Part shown: positions 43,674 through 53,255 of the stretch, piece after piece
How the letters are laid out: every line of letters begins with the position of its first letter
How positions within the stretch are numbered: position 1 is the stretch's first letter
NCBI GenBank assembly: GCA_016184305.1
Contig: JACPCX010000175.1
Coordinates: 124 to 64,123, forward strand
Source of the DNA: Candidatus Rokuibacteriota bacterium
GTDB taxonomy: Bacteria > Methylomirabilota > Methylomirabilia > Rokubacteriales > CSP1-6
DNA: 64,000 nt
Reading direction: 5' to 3'
Made by a program: the position numbers and the translations under genes
The notes under the pieces: model-generated
What the model was told of the DNA's origin: nothing
Databases searched by the model: none
The model's input: the letters and a program-made list of their open reading frames with translations, nothing else

Positions 43674-45090
43674 GCGGACGCGGCTCCCGACCGACGACAA
43701 GTTCCACGACGAGTGCGGGCTCTTCGGCATCTGGAATCACCCCGAGGCGTCCAACGTCACCTACCTCGGGCTGTACGCGCTCCAGCACCGCGGCCAGGAG
43801 TCGGCCGGGATCGCGGCCACCGACGGCGACCACTTCCACGTCGAGAAGGCCATGGGGTGGGTCGCGGACGTCTTCAGCCGCGAGCGGCTCAAGCGCCTGC
43901 CTGGCAGCCGCGCCCTCGGCCATGTCCGCTACTCCACGGCGGGCAGCTCCAACCTCCGGAACGCCCAGCCCATCAGCGCCAAGACGGTGCACGGGCCGGT
44001 GGCCATCGGCCACAACGGCAATCTGGTCAACGCCCAGGAGCTGCGGCGGCAGCTGCAGGAAGCCGGCGCCGTCTTCCAGTCCTCCTCCGACACGGAGGTG
44101 ATCCTCCACCTCCTGGCCCGCGCCGAGGGCCCGGGGCTCGTGGAGCAGCTCGCGCACGCGCTCTCGCAGGTCCGGGGCGCCTACAGCCTCCTGCTCCTCA
44201 CGCGCTCCTCCATCGTTGCCGTGCGCGATCCCTCCGGCTTCCGGCCGCTCTCGCTGGGACGGCTGGGGGAGGCGTGGGTGGTCGCGTCGGAGACCTGCGC
44301 GCTCGATCTGATGGAAGCCACGTTCGTGCGCGATATCGAGCCCGGCGAGATCCTCGTGATCGACGAGAGCGGGCTCACGAGCTACCACCCCTTCCGGCCC
44401 CAGGAGCGACTCGCCTGCGTGTTCGAGTACGTCTACTTCGCGCGTCCCGACTCGATGCTCTGGGGGCGCAACGTGCACGTGGTTCGCAAGGCGCTGGGCC
44501 ACCAGCTCGCGCGCGAGTCTCCGGTGGTGCAGGCCGACCTGGTGATCCCGGTGCCCGACTCGGGCGTGGGCGCGGCGCTCGGCTACGCCGAGGAGGCGGG
44601 GCTGCCCTACGACATCGGGCTCGTCCGGAACCACTACGTGGGGCGGACCTTCATCGAGCCGAGCCACGGCATCCGGCATTTCGGGGTGAAGGTGAAGCTC
44701 AATCCCAACCGCGAGGTCCTCGCTGGCCGGCGCGTGGTCGTGGTGGACGACTCCATCGTCCGCGGGACGACCAGCCGGAAGATCGTGAAGATGATCCGGG
44801 CGGCCGGCGCGCGGGAAGTGCACGTGCGCATCTCCTCGCCGCCCATCAAGTGGCCGTGCTACTACGGCATCGACACGCCGACGCGGAAGGAGCTGATCGG
44901 CGCGAGCCACGACGTGGGGGAGATCCAGCGCTATCTCGGCGCCGACTCCCTGGGCTACCTCTCGCTCGACGGGATGCTCAAGGCCACGGGGAATGACCCC
45001 CACCACTTCTGCCACGCCTGCTTCACCGGACAGTACAAGGTGGGCTTCGAGTCTCCCGACCGGTCCCAGCTCCAGCTGTTCGAAGCATGA
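43663..45090 (+). CDS. purF: amidophosphoribosyltransferase
   Basis: Ntn nucleophile 'ECGLFGI', PRPP loop '[13 protein letters not shown]', cluster Cys 'CYYGIDTP' and 'FCHACFTG'. ATG at 43663, with an alternative TTG at 43654. Confidence 0.95.
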
Positions 45091-45108
45091 TACGCCGTCG
45101 CGGCGCTC

Positions 45109-45396
45109 GTGCGCCCGACGCTCGAGGGTAGGCTCCTGAGTCCAGATCCCCTCACGTACCGGGCGGCCGGTGTGGACATCACCGCCGGCGACGAGGCGGT
45201 ACGGCGCATCGCCCGGCTGGCCGCGTCCCCCCATCGGCCCGAGGTCCTGGGTGGGGTCGGCGCCTTCGCGGCCTTCTGCCTCGCGGTACGCCCGCGCGAT
45301 GCCGCGCCGGCCGCCGCGCCCCTGCGAGCGGCGGGGGAGCAGGTCTTCGAGCTGGGGGAGATCCGCGCCGGGGCATGCGGGGTCGAGTATGTCTGA
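45109..45396 (+). pseudogene. purM: purM (AIR synthase) remnant with an in-frame internal deletion, 95 aa instead of about 345
   Basis: The N-terminus '[21 protein letters not shown]...[14 protein letters not shown]' and the C-terminus '[20 protein letters not shown]' match the PurM ends. The central core is absent. It sits in the purF-purN slot with the native overlap onto the purN start. Confidence 0.7.
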
Positions 45397-46015
45397 CGCC
45401 CCCCGCCTGCGCGTCGGCGTGCTGGCCTCGGGCCGCGGCTCCAACCTGCGCGCCATCCTCTCGGGGGTCGCGGCGGGGCGCATTCGCGCCGAGGTCGTCG
45501 TGGTGCTCTCGGACCGCTCGGGGGCGGGGGCGCTGGACATCGCACGGGACCATGGCGTCGAGGCGCTCGTCCTCGACCCGACGCCGCATCCCGGCCGCGA
45601 GGGTTACGACAGAGCGCTCATCGCTCTCCTGGAGGAGCGTCGCGTGGGGCTCGTCTGCCTTGCCGGCTACATGCGCATCCTGGGCCCCGTGTTCGTCCGC
45701 CACTTCGAGGGGCGCCTGCTCAACATCCACCCCGCCCTGCTCCCCGCCTTCCCCGGGCTCCACGCCCAGCGCCAGGCGCTCGAGCACGGTGTGCGCATCG
45801 CGGGGGCGACCGTCCATTTCGTGGACGAGGGTGTGGACACAGGGCCCATCGTGCTGCAGGCCGCCGTGTCCGTGCGGCAGGACGACACCGAGGCGACCCT
45901 GTCCGACCGGATCCTGGCCGAGGAGCACCGGATCTATCCCGAGGCCATCCGCCTCTTCGCCGAGGGGCGGCTCCGGCTCGACGACCGCCGCGTTCGCATC
46001 CTGGAGGAGCCATGA
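45389..46015 (+). CDS. purN: phosphoribosylglycinamide formyltransferase
   Basis: '[15 protein letters not shown]', '[12 protein letters not shown]', '[16 protein letters not shown]'. Confidence 0.93.
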   Translation: MSDAPRLRVGVLASGRGSNLRAILSGVAAGRIRAEVVVVLSDRSGAGALDIARDHGVEALVLDPTPHPGREGYDRALIALLEERRVGLVCLAGYMRILGPVFVRHFEGRLLNIHPALLPAFPGLHAQRQALEHGVRIAGATVHFVDEGVDTGPIVLQAAVSVRQDDTEATLSDRILAEEHRIYPEAIRLFAEGRLRLDDRRVRILEEP

Positions 46016-47631
46016 GTCGAGTACAGCGCGCGCTGATCAGCGTGCATGATAAGACGGGCGTCGTGGATCTCGGCCGGGGGCTCGCCGCTCTCGGCGTGGA
46101 GATCCTCTCCACCGGCGGCACGGCCGCGCTGCTGCGGGGCGCCGGGATCCCGGTGGTGGATGTGGCGGAGGTCACGGGGTTCCCCGAGATGCTCGACGGG
46201 CGGGTCAAGACACTGCACCCGAAGGTCCACGGAGGCATCCTGGCGCGGCGGCAGTCGCCTGCCCACATGGCGGCGCTGGCGGCGCAGCAGATCCGTCCCA
46301 TCGACCTCGTGGTGGTTGCGCTCTACCCCTTCGAGAAGACGGTGGCCCACCCGGACGTCACCCTCGCGGAGGCGGTCGAGAACATCGACATCGGCGGGCC
46401 GAGCATGATCCGCGGGGCCGCCAAGAACCATGAGAGCGTCGGCGTGGTGACCGATCCCTCGCAGTACGCCCCCGTGCTCGAGGAGATCCGGCGCAACGAC
46501 GGCACGCTCTCTGCGGAGACCCGGCAGAGGCTCGCCCACGAGGCGTTCAGACGGACGGCCCAGTACGACGCGGCCATCGCCGCGTACCTCCGCGATCCCA
46601 GCGCGCGCGGCCTCGCCCGGCCCGCGGCAGAGCCCGTCCCGGCACCGAGCCCGGCGGCGACCGAGGCGAGGCTCCCGGCGAGAATCGTCCTCGAGTTCGA
46701 GCGGGTCCAGGGGCTGCGCTACGGCGAGAACCCGCATCAAGCGGCGGCCTTCTATCGGCCGCCGGGCACGCCTCTGGGGCTGGCGGCCGCCGCGCAGCTG
46801 CACGGCCCCGAGCTGTCCTACAACAACCTGCTCGACTGGTCGGCGGCGCTCGGGCTCCTGCTGGAGTTCGACGACCCGGCGGCCGTGGTCATCAAGCACA
46901 CGAACCCCTGCGGCGTCGCCCTCGGCGGCAGTGCCGGCGAGGCCGTCCGCAAGGCGAAGGCATGCGACCCGGTCTCCATCTACGGCGGCATCGTCGGCGT
47001 GAACCGGCGGCTGGACCTCGAGGTGGTGAAGGAGCTGTCGGGCATCCTGCTGGAGATCCTCTTCGCGCCGGACTTCGCCCCGGAGGCGCTGGAGGAGCTC
47101 CGGCGCACGAAGAAGAAGTGCCGGGTCTTCCGGCTGCCAACCCTGCGCGGCGACGACCCGGTGCGGATGGTGGAGACGCGCAGTGTCGTCGGCGGTCTCC
47201 TCGTGCAGGACCCCGATCTCGCCGACCTGGATCCCGCCGCGCTCAGGGTCGTGTCCCGGCGCCCGCCCACTGACGCCGAGCTGCGGGCGCTTCGCTTCGC
47301 GTGGCGCGTGGCCAAGCACGCCAAGTCCAACGCCATCGTGCTCGCCAGGGCGGATCAGGTCATCGGGGTAGGCGCCGGGCAGATGAACCGGGTGGACTCC
47401 GCCCGAATCGCGGTGATGCGCGCCAGGGAGATGGGCCTCGAGACGCGGGGCACGGTCTGCGCCTCGGACGCCTTCTTCCCCTTCCGCGACGGGCTCGACG
47501 TGGTGGCGCAGGCCGGCGCCACGGCGGCGCTTCATCCCGGGGGATCGGTCCGGGACGAAGAGGTGATCGCCGCCGCCAACGAGCACGGCATGGCGATGGT
47601 CACGACCGGCATCCGCCACTTCAAGCATTGA
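46012..47631 (+). CDS. purH: bifunctional AICAR transformylase/IMP cyclohydrolase
   Basis: '[10 protein letters not shown]', '[14 protein letters not shown]', and C-terminal 'TGIRHFKH'. ATGA overlap with purN. Confidence 0.96.
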   Translation: MSRVQRALISVHDKTGVVDLGRGLAALGVEILSTGGTAALLRGAGIPVVDVAEVTGFPEMLDGRVKTLHPKVHGGILARRQSPAHMAALAAQQIRPIDLVVVALYPFEKTVAHPDVTLAEAVENIDIGGPSMIRGAAKNHESVGVVTDPSQYAPVLEEIRRNDGTLSAETRQRLAHEAFRRTAQYDAAIAAYLRDPSARGLARPAAEPVPAPSPAATEARLPARIVLEFERVQGLRYGENPHQAAAFYRPPGTPLGLAAAAQLHGPELSYNNLLDWSAALGLLLEFDDPAAVVIKHTNPCGVALGGSAGEAVRKAKACDPVSIYGGIVGVNRRLDLEVVKELSGILLEILFAPDFAPEALEELRRTKKKCRVFRLPTLRGDDPVRMVETRSVVGGLLVQDPDLADLDPAALRVVSRRPPTDAELRALRFAWRVAKHAKSNAIVLARADQVIGVGAGQMNRVDSARIAVMRAREMGLETRGTVCASDAFFPFRDGLDVVAQAGATAALHPGGSVRDEEVIAAANEHGMAMVTTGIRHFKH

Positions 47632-47635
47632 TGCG

Positions 47636-48562
47636 GTGACCGTGGCCCAGCCCGAGCGCCTCTTCACCCTGCGGGAATTGACCCGCCTGCTGCGCCTCAC
47701 CGCCAGGCGAGCCGCCCAGCTCCGGCGCCTCGGCCTCCTGCCCGCCGACGGCGAGGGTTACCGCTTCCGCGATCTCGTGGCCTGCCGCGTGGGCGCGGCC
47801 CTGCTCGAGGCGGGGGCCACCGTGCGGCAGGTGCGCGAGGCGCTCGAGGGCGCCCGGCGGCTCGCTCCCGACGCCGAGGCGCCGCTCGCCGAGCTGCGCT
47901 TGCTGGTGGAGGACCGGCGCGTGATCATGGAGCAGGACCGCCTGCGGTTCGATCCGCGCACCGGGCAGGGGCTCCTTGACTTCTCCGAGGCGGAGCTGGT
48001 GCGGGAGGCCACCGAGTCCCTCTCGTGGGGAATGGTCCGTCCCCTGATCCCGCCGGCGCAGGACGCGGAGGCGTGGTTCGCGCGCGCGTCGGCCTGGGAC
48101 GGCGATCCCGAGCAGTGGGAGGCGGCAGTGGAGGCCTACGGGCGCGTGGTGTCCATCGACCCGGGCTATGCCGCGGCATGGAACAACCTCGGGCTGCTGC
48201 AGCACCGCATGGGCCACTACGAGCGGGCGGGGCAGTGCTACGAGGCCGCGCTGGCGGCCGACGAGGCCTGCCCGCAGGCCGCGTTCAACCTGGGCTCGCT
48301 GCACGAGGACCTGGGCGACTTCCCCGTGGCCATCACCTGGTACCGCCGTGCCATCGAGATGCAGCCCGATTACGCCGACGCCCATTTCAACCTGGCGGGG
48401 GTGCTCGGCAAGGTCGGGCGGGGCGAGACGGCGGCGCACCACTGGCGGCGCTACCTCGAGCTGGACCTCGGGAGCCCCTGGGCCCAGATCGCCCGCTCCC
48501 ATCTCGCCGCGGTGGAGGGCCGGCCTGACCGTGGGGAGCGCTCCGGGGAGGGGGACGAATGA
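47636..48562 (+). CDS. putative MerR-like HTH plus TPR-repeat protein
   Basis: The N-terminal '[26 protein letters not shown]...[10 protein letters not shown]' is HTH-like. The C-terminal half has 3-4 TPR units ('[28 protein letters not shown]', '[16 protein letters not shown]'). It starts 4 nt after the purH stop, and its stop overlaps the purD start. Confidence 0.7.
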   Translation: MTVAQPERLFTLRELTRLLRLTARRAAQLRRLGLLPADGEGYRFRDLVACRVGAALLEAGATVRQVREALEGARRLAPDAEAPLAELRLLVEDRRVIMEQDRLRFDPRTGQGLLDFSEAELVREATESLSWGMVRPLIPPAQDAEAWFARASAWDGDPEQWEAAVEAYGRVVSIDPGYAAAWNNLGLLQHRMGHYERAGQCYEAALAADEACPQAAFNLGSLHEDLGDFPVAITWYRRAIEMQPDYADAHFNLAGVLGKVGRGETAAHHWRRYLELDLGSPWAQIARSHLAAVEGRPDRGERSGEGDE

Positions 48563-49851
48563 AGGCGCTCCTGGTCGGTGGCGGCGGGCGCGAGCATGCG
48601 CTCGCGTGGAAGATCGCTCAAAGCCCGCTCCTGAGCGGGCTCGTGGTCGCTCCCGGCAATCCCGGTATCGCGCGCCACGGCCGCTGCGTGCCCGTGCGCG
48701 CCACGGCCGTGGACGACCTGGTGGCGCTGGCCGCGGCAGAGCGTGTGGACCTCGTGGTCGTGGGGCCCGAGGCGCCGCTGGCGCTCGGGCTCGGCGACCG
48801 GCTGCGGGCGGCGGGGCTCGCCGTCTTCGGTCCCGCCGCCGCCGCCGCGCGCCTCGAGAGCAGCAAGGCCTTCGCCAAGGACCTGATGGCGCGCCACGGC
48901 ATCCCCACCGCGCGCTTCCGCGTGTTCGATGCGCCAGCGCCGGCGCGCGCCTTCTGCCGCGAGCTGGGCGCGCCCCTCGTGGTCAAGGCCGACGGCCTTG
49001 CGGCGGGCAAGGGGGCACTCGTCTGCCGCAGCCTCGAGGAGGCTGACCGCGCGGTCGCGCTCTGCCTCGAGGAGCGGGCGTTCGGCGAGGCCGGCCTCCG
49101 GGTGGTCGTCGAGGAGTTCCTGGTGGGCGAGGAGGCGTCGTTCTTCGCGCTGTCCGACGGCGCAGCCGTGCTGCCGCTCCAGGCGGCCCAGGACCACAAG
49201 ACGGTGTCCGACGACGACCAGGGACCGAACACGGGCGGGATGGGGGCCTATTCTCCGGCGCCGGTGATGGATGAGGCCACCACGGAGCGGGTGATGGCGG
49301 AGATCGTGCGGCCCACCATCGCGGCCATGGCGAAGGAAGGGGCTCCCTACAGCGGGGTGCTCTTCGTCGGGCTCATGATCACTCGCGACGGACCCCGCGT
49401 GATCGAGTTCAACTGCCGGTTCGGCGATCCGGAGTGCCAGGCGATCTTGCCCAGGCTCGACCAGGATCTCCTGCCGCTGCTCGACGCGGTCGCGCGAGGG
49501 CGCGGGCTGCCGGCCTCGGTGAGATGGCGCGCGGCCTCCTCGGTGTGCGTCGTCATGGTCTCCGGCGGGTACCCGGGGACATACGAGACCGGGCGCCCCA
49601 TCGCGGGCCTCGACGCCGCCGGGGCGCTGCCCGAGGCCGAAGGCGTCCAGGTCTTCCACGCGGGTACCTCGCTGCGGGACGGGGTCCTGGTCTCGGCAGG
49701 GGGGCGCGTGCTTGGCGTGCAGGCCCTCGGTCGCGACATCCGCGAGGCCGTCACGCGGGCCTATGCGGCCGTGGGGCGGATCGGCTTCGCCGGCGCTCAC
49801 TTCCGCACGGACATCGGTCGCCGCGCGCTCGCTCGCCCGGAGTCCCCGTGA
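48559..49851 (+). CDS. purD: phosphoribosylamine--glycine ligase
   Basis: 'LLVGGGGREHALAWK' and 'GPNTGGMGAYSP'. 430 aa. Confidence 0.95.
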   Translation: MKALLVGGGGREHALAWKIAQSPLLSGLVVAPGNPGIARHGRCVPVRATAVDDLVALAAAERVDLVVVGPEAPLALGLGDRLRAAGLAVFGPAAAAARLESSKAFAKDLMARHGIPTARFRVFDAPAPARAFCRELGAPLVVKADGLAAGKGALVCRSLEEADRAVALCLEERAFGEAGLRVVVEEFLVGEEASFFALSDGAAVLPLQAAQDHKTVSDDDQGPNTGGMGAYSPAPVMDEATTERVMAEIVRPTIAAMAKEGAPYSGVLFVGLMITRDGPRVIEFNCRFGDPECQAILPRLDQDLLPLLDAVARGRGLPASVRWRAASSVCVVMVSGGYPGTYETGRPIAGLDAAGALPEAEGVQVFHAGTSLRDGVLVSAGGRVLGVQALGRDIREAVTRAYAAVGRIGFAGAHFRTDIGRRALARPESP

Positions 49852-50456
49852 CGCGTCTCCTCGACGTGGACCCGCGGCAGCCCCTGGCCGCCACGCTGGC
49901 TGAGGCCGCCTCGGTGCTCAGGTCCGGTGGGCTCGTGGCCTTCCCGACGGAGAGCTTCTACGGCCTCGGTGCCGACGCGCTCAACGCCGAGGCCGTGGAG
50001 CGCGTCTTCCGCATCAAGGGCCGCCCCGAGTCCAAGCCGCTGCTCGTGCTGGTGGATGGGATCGAGCGCGTCGAGGCGCTGTGCGTGGAAATCTCCGAGG
50101 GGGCGAGGGCGCTCATGGCGCGTCACTGGCCCGGCGCGCTCACGCTCGTGCTCCGGGCAGCGCCCGGCGTGCCCGCTTCCCTCACCGCGGGGACGGGAAT
50201 GCTCGGGTTGCGCGTGCCGGGGCATCCGGTGGCGCTCGGCCTGGTCCGCGCCGCAGCCGTTCCCGTCACGGCGCCCAGCGCCAACCCGAGCGGCGGGGAG
50301 CCGCCCACCACACCCGAGGCCGTGCGTGGGTACTTCGAGGGGCAGGTGGATCTGATCCTCGCCGCCGGGCCCACGGCGGGTGGCGCCGGCTCCACCGTCG
50401 CCGACTGCACGGCGTGGCCGCCCCGCGTGGTGCGCCAGGGGTCTGTCCGGCTCTGA
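49848..50456 (+). CDS. tsaC: L-threonylcarbamoyladenylate synthase (TsaC/YrdC type)
   Basis: 'FPTESFYGLGADA' and 'IKGRPESKPL'. GTGA overlap with purD. Confidence 0.88.
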   Translation: MTRLLDVDPRQPLAATLAEAASVLRSGGLVAFPTESFYGLGADALNAEAVERVFRIKGRPESKPLLVLVDGIERVEALCVEISEGARALMARHWPGALTLVLRAAPGVPASLTAGTGMLGLRVPGHPVALGLVRAAAVPVTAPSANPSGGEPPTTPEAVRGYFEGQVDLILAAGPTAGGAGSTVADCTAWPPRVVRQGSVRL

Positions 50457-50458
50457 CC

Positions 50459-51061
50459 ATGCGCGTGACGGGCGTGATCCAGGCGGGGGGCAAGAGCATC
50501 CGGATGGGCGGGGCGCCCAAGGCCCTCGTGCCCCTCGGGGGGCGGTCCATCATCGAGCGCGTCGTCGACGCCGTGCGGGCGGTCACAGGCGACGTGCTGA
50601 TCGTCACCAACACGCCGGCACTCTACGCCCACCTCGGGCTTCCCATGGTGCCCGACGTCTTCCCCGACCACGGCTCTCTCGGCGGCATCTACTCGGGGCT
50701 CGCGGCAGTGCCGGGCGACGCCGCCTTCACCGTCGCTTGCGACATGCCCTTCCTCTCCGTGGAGGTGGTCCGCCTCGTCGCCTCGCGCGCGGCCGAGGCC
50801 GATGTGGTCATCCCGCAGATCGCCGGGCAGTGGGAGACGCTCCACGCCTGCTACGCCAAGGCCTGTCTCGGGCCCATCGAGCGGCGGCTCCGCTCGGGCC
50901 GGCTCAAGGTCATCAGCTTCTTCGACGAGGTGCGGGTGCTGGCCATCACGGAAGCCCAGATCGCGCGCCTCTGCGACCCCGCGGTTGTATTCATGAACGT
51001 CAACACGCCGGATGAGCTGGATCGAGCGCGCGCCCTCGCCGCCTCCCTCGAGGCGCGATAG
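50459..51061 (+). CDS. mobA: molybdenum cofactor guanylyltransferase
   Basis: 'GVIQAGGKSIRMGG', 'DHGSLGGIYSGL', 'ACDMPFL'. Confidence 0.85.
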   Translation: MRVTGVIQAGGKSIRMGGAPKALVPLGGRSIIERVVDAVRAVTGDVLIVTNTPALYAHLGLPMVPDVFPDHGSLGGIYSGLAAVPGDAAFTVACDMPFLSVEVVRLVASRAAEADVVIPQIAGQWETLHACYAKACLGPIERRLRSGRLKVISFFDEVRVLAITEAQIARLCDPAVVFMNVNTPDELDRARALAASLEAR

Positions 51062-51062
51062 C

Positions 51063-51872
51063 GTGGACGCCCGCGTCGACGGCCTGCGCCTGGGCTCCAT
51101 CCAGGAGATCAACGCGCTCCCGCGGAAGACGGCGGAGGCCCTCTATCTGCGCCTCGTGCCGGACGATCTCCTGCAGCGCTTCGCCATCGACCCGGGCACG
51201 CTCCGCGGGCGGGACGGGGGGCGGCTCGTCCGCATCACGGCGCCCGAGAACAAGCCGTGGGTGCGGGTCGAGGTGCGGCAGGCCGAGGAGGACCGGGACC
51301 CGGCACTCCTCGTGGATGTGGAGACGTCGCCGCTGTCGGTGCCGGAGCTCGCCTTCGTCCAGATCAACGACCCCACGGCGCCACGCTACGCCATCGACAG
51401 CGACATGGACGGGCGCGACACCCTCTTCGGCACGGCCTCGCGAAACACGGGGGAGGAGCTGCGGGCCATGCAGGACGGGCTCGCGCCCGGGCAGGTCCGC
51501 CGGGGCCTCCGCATGCTGGGGAAGGTCCTGGAGTCCATGGAGCACTTCTGCTCGCTCATGGGCAAGGAGATCTACCTGATCGACCCGCTCTTCTACCACT
51601 CGGCCATCCTCTACGAACGCCATGGGTGCGGCTATCTCATGGGGCGCGAGACCATGGAGAGCATCCACGAGGGCTTCGGTCCGGGTGGGCCTCTTGCCGC
51701 GCGGCTCGACGGTTCCTCCCCATTCCGCCAACCGGGCGCCGGACGCACCGTGCGCTGGCGGAGCTGGGCGCTCCACGACGGCATCGCGGACGATCCCTGG
51801 GGCGGCGTCAAGATGTACAAGGCTGCCGGGCGCGCCGCGCAGGTGAGCACCTTTCCGGACGCGCTATACTAG
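51063..51872 (+). CDS. hypothetical protein (269 aa from GTG 51063)
   Basis: Coding-like ORF beginning 1 nt after the mobA stop. No motif I can assign. Confidence 0.6.
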   Translation: MDARVDGLRLGSIQEINALPRKTAEALYLRLVPDDLLQRFAIDPGTLRGRDGGRLVRITAPENKPWVRVEVRQAEEDRDPALLVDVETSPLSVPELAFVQINDPTAPRYAIDSDMDGRDTLFGTASRNTGEELRAMQDGLAPGQVRRGLRMLGKVLESMEHFCSLMGKEIYLIDPLFYHSAILYERHGCGYLMGRETMESIHEGFGPGGPLAARLDGSSPFRQPGAGRTVRWRSWALHDGIADDPWGGVKMYKAAGRAAQVSTFPDALY

Positions 51873-51879
51873 CGGCGCC

Positions 51880-52011
51880 ATGCCACGCAAGAAGCCGGTG
51901 TACGCGCGCGTGCGCAAGCCGATGCCGCGCAAGCCCCCGAAGGTGGAGATCCCCAAGACCGCCTACCGGCGGCGTCCCAAGCACGCCAAGCCCCGGGAGG
52001 CGGAGGCGTAA
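51880..52011 (+). CDS. candidate 43-aa highly basic small protein
   Basis: ATG..TAA gives 'MPRKKPVYARVRKPMPRKPPKVEIPKTAYRRRPKHAKPREAEA'. The stop overlaps the thiI ATG (TAATG). Below the ORF-track length cutoff. Confidence 0.3.
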   Translation: MPRKKPVYARVRKPMPRKPPKVEIPKTAYRRRPKHAKPREAEA

Positions 52012-53255
52012 TGGAGACGGCCCGCGATCGCTGCGTGATCGTCCACTACCACGAGATCAGCCTCAAACGCGGCAACCGCCCACTCTTCCTGCGACGTCTC
52101 CAGCAGAACCTGGTGCGCGCGCTCGAAGACCTCGGCGCCCCCCGCGTGACCCAGCTCACGGGGCGCATCGTCCTTGAGCCGCCGCCGGGTGCCGATCCGG
52201 AGGTCGTGGTGGAGCGTCTCCGCCACGTCTTCGGCGTGGCGAATCTCGCGCTGGCCGAGCGGACGGGGACCTCGCTCGAGGAGCTGAGGCGGGGGGTTGA
52301 CCGGGTGACGCAGGGGCGGACCTTCGCCTCGTTCCGGATCACGGCGCGGCGCGCCTTCAAGACGCTGCCCCATACCTCCGTGGAGCTGAACCGCGAGCTG
52401 GGCGCCCATGTGCTCGGGCGCCACGCCACGCGCGTGGACCTGGAGCAGTCCGAGCTCAACATCCACGTGGAGGTGCTGCCGGAGCAGGCCTTCGTGTATG
52501 GCGACCGGCGCCCCGGCCCGGGCGGTCTCCCGGTGGGCGTGAGCGGGACCGTGGTGGCCCTGCTCTCGGGTGGTATCGACTCCCCCGTGGCCGCGTGGCG
52601 CCTGATGAAGCGCGGCTGCCGCGTGGTCTTCGTCCACTTCCACAGCGTGCCGTACCTGCCGGACGACTCCATCCGGAAGGCGCGCGATCTGGCCGAGCGG
52701 CTGACCCGATGGCAGTACTACTCGCGCCTCTCCCTCGTGCCGTTCGGCGAGATCCAGCGCTCCGTGGTGCTGGCGGTGCCGGGACCGGCGCGCGTGGTGA
52801 TCTATCGCCGGCTCATGATGCGCATCGCCGAGGCCCTCGGCCGGCGCGCAGGGGCGGCGGCGCTCGTGACGGGCGACAGCCTCGGGCAGGTGGCCTCCCA
52901 GACGCTCCAGAACCTGGCGTGCATCGAAGGGGCGGCGGGGCTCCCGGTGCTGCGTCCGCTCATCGGCATGGACAAGCTCGAGATCACGGCCCAGGCGCAA
53001 GTCCTCGGGACCTTCGAGACCTCCATCGAGCCCGACGCCGACTGCTGCACGCTCTTCGTGCCCAAGCACCCGGGCACGCGCGTGAGCCGGGAGGAGGCCG
53101 CGGCCATGGAGGCGCGGCTCGACGTGGCGGCGCTGGTGGCCCAGGGCGTCGAGGGCGCGCGTGAGGAGACCATCGCCTTCCCGGCCGGCTGCGGGCCCTT
53201 CCCCGCCAAAGAGAACCGGGAAGCGCGCGCCGCAGGATCCCGGCCCCCCCGATGA
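52011..53255 (+). CDS. thiI: tRNA 4-thiouridine synthase ThiI (THUMP + PP-loop, no rhodanese domain)
   Basis: 'LLSGGIDSPVAAW' and 'TGDSLGQVASQT'. 414 aa. Confidence 0.9.
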   Translation: METARDRCVIVHYHEISLKRGNRPLFLRRLQQNLVRALEDLGAPRVTQLTGRIVLEPPPGADPEVVVERLRHVFGVANLALAERTGTSLEELRRGVDRVTQGRTFASFRITARRAFKTLPHTSVELNRELGAHVLGRHATRVDLEQSELNIHVEVLPEQAFVYGDRRPGPGGLPVGVSGTVVALLSGGIDSPVAAWRLMKRGCRVVFVHFHSVPYLPDDSIRKARDLAERLTRWQYYSRLSLVPFGEIQRSVVLAVPGPARVVIYRRLMMRIAEALGRRAGAAALVTGDSLGQVASQTLQNLACIEGAAGLPVLRPLIGMDKLEITAQAQVLGTFETSIEPDADCCTLFVPKHPGTRVSREEAAAMEARLDVAALVAQGVEGAREETIAFPAGCGPFPAKENREARAAGSRPPR

